Assembly: GCA_039798785.1 (NCBI GenBank)
Contig: JBDKFG010000008.1
Span: forward strand, 49,279 to 113,278
Reading direction: 5' to 3'
From: Verrucomicrobiota bacterium
GTDB lineage: Bacteria; Verrucomicrobiota; Lentisphaeria; Lentisphaerales; Lentisphaeraceae
DNA: 64,000 nucleotides
Shown: piece after piece, positions 57,951 to 64,000 of the stretch
How positions within the stretch are numbered: the first letter of the stretch is position 1
How the letters are laid out: each line of letters begins with the position of its first letter
Notes under the pieces: model-generated
Database searches by the model: none
Seen by the model: only the letters and a program-made list of their open reading frames with translations
What the model was told of the DNA's origin: nothing
Made by a program: the position numbers and the translations under genes

Positions 57951-58895
57951 ATGACGATGCTCACCAAACAATCGCAGCGCTTGCAACGCCTTGTCAAGCT
58001 CCTGAACCCCGGAGAACCCAAGACCAAGGCGGCCTTGATCCAGGCGCTTGGCAACGAAGGCTCTCTGCGGACGATCCAGCGGGATTTGGAAGCCCTGCAA
58101 AATCTCGGCGCGCCGCTCCGCTACTGCGGCCGCCTCGGGGTCGAATTCACCCGTGAATGGTTTCTGCCGATGCTGGCGGAACTGGGCTCCGACGAAACCC
58201 TCGCCGGCCTCACCGCCCACCAGCTCTTCGCCGACAACCTGCCGCCGGGATTCCATCAAGATTTCGACACCATCAGCAAGATCCATCGTGCCGCCGGGAG
58301 GATGAGCTCAGAAGACGAGAGTTTCCTGAGCAACCTCAGCCGACACGGCACCTGCAAAGTCAAGGTTCTCGACTCCGACGCCTATGATCAGGTGGTTGAA
58401 GCTGCCCGGCACCGCTGCCAGCTCAGCGCGATGTATCTCAATGGCCGTGGCGAGCGATCCCCCCGCCTGCTAGAGATCCACGCCCTGTTTTTCCATGTCG
58501 ATGCTTGGTATGCCCACGCCATGGAGCTGCCCAGCGGCGCCTGGAAGGACTTCGCCCTGCATCGTTTCACCGAGGCCAAACTGCTGCGCCATCACCGCTT
58601 CGAGCGCGACGCCGATGCCGTTGCCGCCGTCCGCGACGGCAAGATCTTCAATCAGGATCTTTGGACCGGCATCCGCCTCCGCCTCTCGCCTGACTGGCAG
58701 ATGCACATCCGCGAACGCCACTGGTTCCCCGGTCAAAGCTTCACCCCAGACGCCGAGGGGATCTGGGAGATGACCATTCCCTCCGCCCCTAGCTACCCGC
58801 TCATGCGCTTCGTCTTTTCCTTCATGGGTGAAATCGAGGTGTTGGCGCCCACGGAATTGAAAATAGCAGTCAGGAGGGTCGCGGCGGCAATTTAA
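57951..58895 (+). CDS. HTH-WYL-WCX transcriptional regulator
   Basis: SLRTIQRDL..L wHTH; AWYAHA....KDFALHRF WYL domain; G.IEVLAP..L WCX. Confidence 0.88.
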   Translation: MTMLTKQSQRLQRLVKLLNPGEPKTKAALIQALGNEGSLRTIQRDLEALQNLGAPLRYCGRLGVEFTREWFLPMLAELGSDETLAGLTAHQLFADNLPPGFHQDFDTISKIHRAAGRMSSEDESFLSNLSRHGTCKVKVLDSDAYDQVVEAARHRCQLSAMYLNGRGERSPRLLEIHALFFHVDAWYAHAMELPSGAWKDFALHRFTEAKLLRHHRFERDADAVAAVRDGKIFNQDLWTGIRLRLSPDWQMHIRERHWFPGQSFTPDAEGIWEMTIPSAPSYPLMRFVFSFMGEIEVLAPTELKIAVRRVAAAI

Positions 58896-58956
58896 TATTT
58901 TAATCGATCACCAGCCAACCAAAAACACAGAAGTCTCAATAAAGGAAAATTACAAC

Positions 58957-59688
58957 ATGTCACGAGATCTTAATGATGCTAAATCTTACTCTGACCTCAA
59001 GACATATCTTGACATCTATGGTCAAATTGAGGGCTTGTCGTGCTGGCATAATTATGGACCGGCTGACTATTCATTATACATTTCTCAATCTCCAAAAATC
59101 ATGGTCATAAATTCTGAGTCTGTCGGTTATGATGATTCCAAGAGCACTCCCGCAGATGAATACATGAAGTGGATCAAAGACGGCTGGAAAACTCCTCATT
59201 TTACAGCATTATTTGTGACGATGATCAGGAAATATTGTAAAGAATTCCGTGACACTCATGTTTTGCCTCCATATAGCAAGCCCACATTTTCCTCGCAGTA
59301 TAAAAAATGTGAAGAGCTACTCGAATCGATGAAAGGCACGATCTATATGAATGCCCGCATTACATCAAACGGCACAGGTTCCTTCCGCGAAGAAACTCAA
59401 GCGGTGCTTCAAGATTCCACCCGATTTGCAGATTACCGAAAAAAGTATATGGAAATTTTAGATCCAGAAATTGTCATCTGTGCTGGTTCTAGTGCCCATG
59501 ATGCCATGTTCACAAAAAATTCTGCCTTTGGCGAGGACGTCCGTCCCTCTCGTCACAGTGTCAGTAAAATTCAAAACCGCATCGTCATTAGTCTTAATCA
59601 TTTTTCACGTCCTCAGGGATTTCGAGGATACCAAGGTCTTCATGATCTTGCTACTCAATGCTGCTATATTTATTTTAATAAATTATGA
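58957..59688 (+). CDS. AT-rich hypothetical protein, possible uracil-DNA-glycosylase-like fold
   Basis: AAAGGA RBS; KIMVINSE, ILDPEIVICAG and IVISLNHFS resemble UDG-superfamily strands and the HPS motif. Confidence 0.6.
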   Translation: MSRDLNDAKSYSDLKTYLDIYGQIEGLSCWHNYGPADYSLYISQSPKIMVINSESVGYDDSKSTPADEYMKWIKDGWKTPHFTALFVTMIRKYCKEFRDTHVLPPYSKPTFSSQYKKCEELLESMKGTIYMNARITSNGTGSFREETQAVLQDSTRFADYRKKYMEILDPEIVICAGSSAHDAMFTKNSAFGEDVRPSRHSVSKIQNRIVISLNHFSRPQGFRGYQGLHDLATQCCYIYFNKL

Positions 59689-59751
59689 ACTTTTTGAGGA
59701 TAAATCTTGACTCTCGAGAAATTTTACGGCTAATTTCAATCAAGGAATCCC

Positions 59752-60957
59752 ATGCGTAAGCCTACTCGAGTCGCGACTGAACGCTGCGATCTGCCCATTC
59801 ACTTGGCGGCGAGCCAGGGCCAAGCCAAGGCAGTGAAATTGCTGCTTGCGGACGGCGCTAAGATCAATGCTGAAAACAAATTCGGTTATCAGCCCATTCA
59901 CTTGGCGGCGGAGAAGGGCCACGCCGCGGTGGTGAAATTGCTGCTGGCGGCCGGCGCCGAGAGCGATGCTAAAACCTTATGCGGCACTCAGCCCATTCAC
60001 TTTGCGGCAGCGGGTTACATCGGCTCGGAGGGTGGCAACGCCGAGGTGGTGAAGTTGCTGTTGGAGGCGGAGGCCAAGGTCGGCGCTAAAGACAAAGACG
60101 GCAAACAGACCATTCACTTTGCTGCGCAGGGTGGCAACGCCGAGGTGGTGAAATTGCTGTTGGAGGCGGGGGCCAAGGTCGACGCTAAAGACAAATACGG
60201 TACTCAGCCCATTCACATGGCGGCACAATCTGGCCAGGCCGAGGCGATGAAAGTGCTGCTTGCGATGGGCGCCGAGATCGATGCGAAAACCAAATACGGC
60301 TTTAGGCCCATTAACGGGGCGGCAGGATGGGGTCACATCGAGGTGGTGAAATTGCTGCTCGAGAAAGGCGCCGAGATCGACGGAGAAGACGAAGAGGGCT
60401 ATCAACCCCTTCATTGTGCAGCGATGGGTGGCCGAGCCGAGGTGGTGAAATTGCTACTGGCGGCGGGGGCCAAGGTTGATGCTCAAAACTCAAAAGGCAT
60501 GCAGCCTATTCATCTGGCGGCAGACGAGGACCACGCCGAGACCGTGACGGTGCTGCTTGCCTCTGGCGCCCAGGTCGATGCTCAAGACTCAGCGGGTGAT
60601 CAGCCCATCCATTTGGCACATCGCGATGAGGTGGTGAAATTGCTGCTCGCTTCGGGGGCCAAGGTCGGCGCTAAAAACAAAAACGGCGATCAGCCCATTC
60701 ATCGGGCGGCCGTATCGGGCAGGTTCGAGATATTGAAGCACCTGGTCCAGGTTGGAGCCAAGGTCGATGCTAAAAACAAGTTCGGCATTCAGCCCATTCA
60801 TCTGGCTGCAGAATGTGGCGATGACGAGATGGTGCAATGGATGCTTTCAGCAGGCGCAAGTTTGGCCGCGAAATCTAAAGACGGTTCAACCCCCTATTCT
60901 TTGGCTTCAAGTAAAAGGCGCTATGAACTTGCCGCATGGATACTGGAACAGCTCTAG
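59752..60957 (+). CDS. Ankyrin-repeat protein (~12 repeats)
   Basis: Repeated G.QPIH.AA..G..EVVKLLL.AGA.VDAK. Confidence 0.93.
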   Translation: MRKPTRVATERCDLPIHLAASQGQAKAVKLLLADGAKINAENKFGYQPIHLAAEKGHAAVVKLLLAAGAESDAKTLCGTQPIHFAAAGYIGSEGGNAEVVKLLLEAEAKVGAKDKDGKQTIHFAAQGGNAEVVKLLLEAGAKVDAKDKYGTQPIHMAAQSGQAEAMKVLLAMGAEIDAKTKYGFRPINGAAGWGHIEVVKLLLEKGAEIDGEDEEGYQPLHCAAMGGRAEVVKLLLAAGAKVDAQNSKGMQPIHLAADEDHAETVTVLLASGAQVDAQDSAGDQPIHLAHRDEVVKLLLASGAKVGAKNKNGDQPIHRAAVSGRFEILKHLVQVGAKVDAKNKFGIQPIHLAAECGDDEMVQWMLSAGASLAAKSKDGSTPYSLASSKRRYELAAWILEQL

Positions 60958-61047
60958 CTGTCGTTTTCAGAAGACGATTGCACGGGATTTAAGCTGGAAA
61001 TATATTTCTGTTCACACCACACTACCGATGGAGATGGTAAGTTACAC

Positions 61048-61987
61048 ATGTCCCTCAACCTCACTCCTCGCCTTGTCATCGCCGTCGCCTCCAGCGCTCT
61101 TTTCGACCTACGGGAGAGCGATCGCATCTACCGTGAAGAGGGCCTGCCGGCTTATCGCAAACATCAGATCGAACGGGAGGAGGAGATCCTGCCCAAAGGT
61201 CAGGCCTTTGCCTTCGTCGAACGGCTGCTCGGGCTCAATGCCATCGCGCCGGAACTCAAGCCGGTGGATGTCATCCTGCTGTCGCGCAACACCGCCGACA
61301 CCGGGCTGCGCATCTTCAATCTTCAACTCGATCGAACACTGCCGCCTGCCGCTTACCCGCGCCGCTTTTTGCGGCGGCCGCGATCCCTTCACCTACATGG
61401 CGCCACTCAACGCCAAGCTCTTCCTCTCCGCCAATGCCGAAGATGTCCGCGCTGCCGTCGCCGCCGGCCTTCCCGCCGGACAGATCCTCGACTCGGGGGC
61501 TCCTGCTGCCGAAGTCGATGCAGAACTGCGTCTGGCCTTCGACTTTGATGGCGTCCTCGCCGACGACAGTTCCGAACGAGTCTTCCGCGAAGAGCAACTA
61601 AGCGGCTTCCTGTCGCACGAAGAGCGCCTGCGTCAACTTCCCCACGCCCCCGGGCCCCTCAAGCCCTTTCTTGACGGTCTGGCGCAGATCCAGAAACTCG
61701 AACAACAACGCGTCGCGCAGGACCCGAGCTACCGGCCGCTGCTGCGCACCGCCATCGTCACCGCCCGTGCCGCTCCGGCGCACAAACGGGTGATCCATTC
61801 CCTGCGTTCCTGGGGCCTCAGCGTCGACGAGATCTTCTTCCTCGGCGGCATCGACAAGAGCCGCATCATGAGCCAGTTCCGCCCCCACATTTTCTTCGAC
61901 GACCAGCTCTGCCATCTTGATTCCACCCGGGCCTTTGCGCCTTCGGTTCACATCCCCTTCGGCATTGCGAACTCAACAGCGGATTGA
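61048..61987 (+). pseudogene. 5'-nucleotidase (cN-I-like) frameshifted by a 7-bp duplication
   Basis: First frame LVIAVASSALFDL...LSRN..DTGLRIFN; second frame SIEH..L..TRAAF, LAFDFDGVLA, VTAR.APAH.R, PHIFFDDQ; ATCTTCA duplicated at 61312-61325. Confidence 0.88.
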
Positions 61988-61989
61988 GC

Positions 61990-62172
61990 TCATTCCTCGG
62001 ATGTCCGGCTTCGGAATAGGCAGATGCCGCCGTGAACGAGCAGACCTAGGCCAACGAAGAAGAAGATGACATTGAGCTCGCCGCCGCTGCGCCATTCCTT
62101 GATCAAGCTGCCGTGGGAGCCGAAGAAGAAGACCATGCCCAACCCGATGACGATTTTGACCGCAGGTGTCAT
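61990..62172 (-). CDS. Small two-TM membrane protein
   Basis: AGGAG RBS; two hydrophobic segments. Confidence 0.5.
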   Translation of the reverse strand: MTPAVKIVIGLGMVFFFGSHGSLIKEWRSGGELNVIFFFVGLGLLVHGGICLFRSRTSEE

Positions 62173-62207
62173 GAGCAGCTCCTAGTAAGATTGAGATAGG
62201 AGCAAGA

Positions 62208-62237
62208 TCTAGGCGGCTCCGCTGGGAGCCGCCTAGA
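62208..62237. terminator. Perfect 13-bp hairpin, probable terminator of the gene ending at 62266
   Basis: TCTAGGCGGCTCC-GCTG-GGAGCCGCCTAGA. Confidence 0.6.
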
Positions 62238-62265
62238 CTGAGAGTGCTTGTGGAGTGCGCGCGCC

Positions 62266-62523
62266 TTACTTCGCGCCCTTGACCGCTTCCAGCTCTTTTT
62301 GCAGCTTGGCGATTTGCTTCTCGAGCTTGGAAGCGCCTTTGCCTTCTTTGGCCTTGGCGGCGTTATTGACGGCACGCTGAATGGCCTTGAGGTCATCAAA
62401 GCCGGCAAAGAAGTTGACCAACTGAACCGAGTTCAGGGCGCTGACTGCATCGCGAAGGGCTTTGAGGTTCTTGCGACCTTCTGCTTTCTTCTGGCCATTT
62501 TTGGACTTGGGCTTGGCTTCCAT
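62266..62523 (-). CDS. Small Lys-rich coiled-coil protein
   Basis: GGAG RBS; 85 aa; LEKQIAKLQKELE heptads. Confidence 0.6.
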   Translation of the reverse strand: MEAKPKSKNGQKKAEGRKNLKALRDAVSALNSVQLVNFFAGFDDLKAIQRAVNNAAKAKEGKGASKLEKQIAKLQKELEAVKGAK

Positions 62524-62652
62524 GGCGGATCTCCGATGGGATGTGGTTGATGGGGAAAGGGCGGGATAATTTCGTGTGACTCCCGCGTCCGGCAAGCAAG
62601 AGTGATCGTAATTTTCTGGGAGTAAATTGAGCTCCGCTTGGCTACGCTTGCC

Positions 62653-63795
62653 TTACTCAGCCGAGTCTGTGACATCAGTCGCTGGATTGTTGTCCTTGGG
62701 TTTTCTCCGCGTTTTGCTGAGACCAAGCTTCCCTTTGTCTTCGCTGATGGTTTTTGTCGACACTCCGAGACTACTTGCCATGAACTCAATAGTTTTTTTA
62801 GCCTTGACCATTTTCTTGATTTCAGACAGACGCTCTTCAGTATTTTTATACCTTTGTTTAGTGGTAACCCACCTCGGAGATTCTTTGTCTTTTCCAAGAT
62901 CCAAGGTCAGGTGTAATGGCTTCTGTGAGAGGCCATAGAATTCTTCGCCTTTAACGGGGTGGATGATCATAGAAATTGAACTCTCATCCATATAGCTTGG
63001 TTTTTCAAGGCGAATCCCATTATCCACCGAGGAGTGCATTACTGACTGTAGCTTGGCAGTGAGTTTGTCTGTTTGATTCAGGAGCAGGATAGCAGTTTGG
63101 TGATCTGCTAAAGTTCTCAACCATACGGCGACCACCTTCCATTGATTGAGAAGATCAGTATCGCCAAGCATACTGGAGATGTCCTCAAACACAATCAGTG
63201 AAAACTTTTCTCCAGGACTAAGCTTTGATTGGGATATTCGATCTATAAGGTTTTTGACTTTGGACTGATCCTCGGCGATTCCCAATTTTAAAGAGCCTCC
63301 ATCGATTTTATTAATGATTAAATTTTCAGTAAATGTAGAATCCTCGACGCCAAATGATTTACTAACAATTTTATAATTTTTAATAGTTATTTTGTTGTTG
63401 CATTCTGAGCTCAAATAGAGAACTTTTATGGGATCCTTGGCTGACCAGAGAGAGCAACCTTTGGGTGTTGATGGTGTTTTGTGTTCCTGAGGATGATTTT
63501 CCTGGATAGATTCAATCGGAATTACGAATTGAACTGGCGGGATATCAGAACAAATCGCAGGTTGCATTGGTAGGAAATTCGTCTGAACGGGATCAAATTC
63601 CGCGGGTAGAGATGCGATTTTCTCCTCTTCTGGAGCTACACCAACATGCAAATTGGCCTTCCGCTTTTTTATCTTATTCATAAAAGCACCCAGAGGGGTT
63701 GCGTCATCCCAATCTCTGGAGTTAAGCATATCCATGTTTTTACTGTCATTGCTCGAAGGGTTGGCAACTGTCTCGGTCGTCTCGTTGTCGGTCAT
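62653..63795 (-). CDS. Degenerate RecA/AAA_25-like protein with a C-terminal HTH
   Basis: KVLYLSSE, LIVFEDISS, WL..L......LLL resemble RepA-type ATPases; no Walker A seen; MASSLGVSTKTIS HTH. Confidence 0.55.
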   Translation of the reverse strand: MTDNETTETVANPSSNDSKNMDMLNSRDWDDATPLGAFMNKIKKRKANLHVGVAPEEEKIASLPAEFDPVQTNFLPMQPAICSDIPPVQFVIPIESIQENHPQEHKTPSTPKGCSLWSAKDPIKVLYLSSECNNKITIKNYKIVSKSFGVEDSTFTENLIINKIDGGSLKLGIAEDQSKVKNLIDRISQSKLSPGEKFSLIVFEDISSMLGDTDLLNQWKVVAVWLRTLADHQTAILLLNQTDKLTAKLQSVMHSSVDNGIRLEKPSYMDESSISMIIHPVKGEEFYGLSQKPLHLTLDLGKDKESPRWVTTKQRYKNTEERLSEIKKMVKAKKTIEFMASSLGVSTKTISEDKGKLGLSKTRRKPKDNNPATDVTDSAE

Positions 63796-64000
63796 CACAC
63801 ACCCTATGCGGAAGGCCTGAGTGCCGCCGCCCGCAATTCTAGAGCCAAAAGCATTGTCACAATCAACCAGAATGACGCGCGCAGTGGCAGCCGGGCTGCC
63901 GTCACAAAAGCTTTGCACAAATCAGGCCTAAGGGGGCAACGAGGCCAGAAGGCAGAGAGATGCTCACCACCCCGACCCCGCCCCGGCACTACCGCGCGAT

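Larger units (their letters stand above)
46240..64000. mobile_element. Integrative genomic island at the ssrA 3' end (right end not seen in window)
   Basis: Integrase immediately after tmRNA, excisionase-like HTH, lower and patchy GC, helicase/nuclease cargo. Confidence 0.85.

Noticed and set aside
60752..61987. Intact 411-aa protein, or a programmed frameshift
   Set aside because: The N-terminal part of this ORF is off-frame; the true N-terminus starts at 61048 and the break is an exact 7-bp duplication with no slippery heptamer
46240..64000. Prophage or conjugative element
   Set aside because: No capsid, terminase, tail or T4SS genes in the visible part; attR not found inside the window

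Overview
GC-rich bacterial chromosome segment; the ECF sigma/FecR pair, DUF1080 proteins and sulfatases suggest the PVC superphylum (Lentisphaerota-like), which is inference only. The first ~46 kb holds housekeeping and accessory genes: nnr, rnhA, argD-argF, a TolC-family protein, two ECF sigmas, a two-component pair, a maf-fliS-flgM flagellar locus and a large secreted purple-acid-type phosphatase. It also holds a compact five-gene phosphonate operon (aminotransferase, ATP-grasp ligase, MFS, gamma-glutamyltransferase lipoprotein, PepM) that looks like a phosphonoalanine-peptide pathway with an extra GGT. A tmRNA gene (45881-46232) is followed by a tyrosine integrase and an island running off the right edge. 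The island carries an excisionase-like HTH, an HUH protein, a Pif1-like helicase, a NERD-helicase, a Trp/Cys-repeat protein coupled to a DEDDh exonuclease, a DUF262-HNH (GmrSD/SspE-like) + WYL + UDG-fold cluster, an ankyrin protein and a 5'-nucleotidase broken by a 7-bp duplication. Non-coding structure includes REP-like hairpins bracketing two AT-rich paralogous genes and a ~210-bp rod-like inverted repeat after flgM. All family calls come from motifs read by eye; no searches were run.
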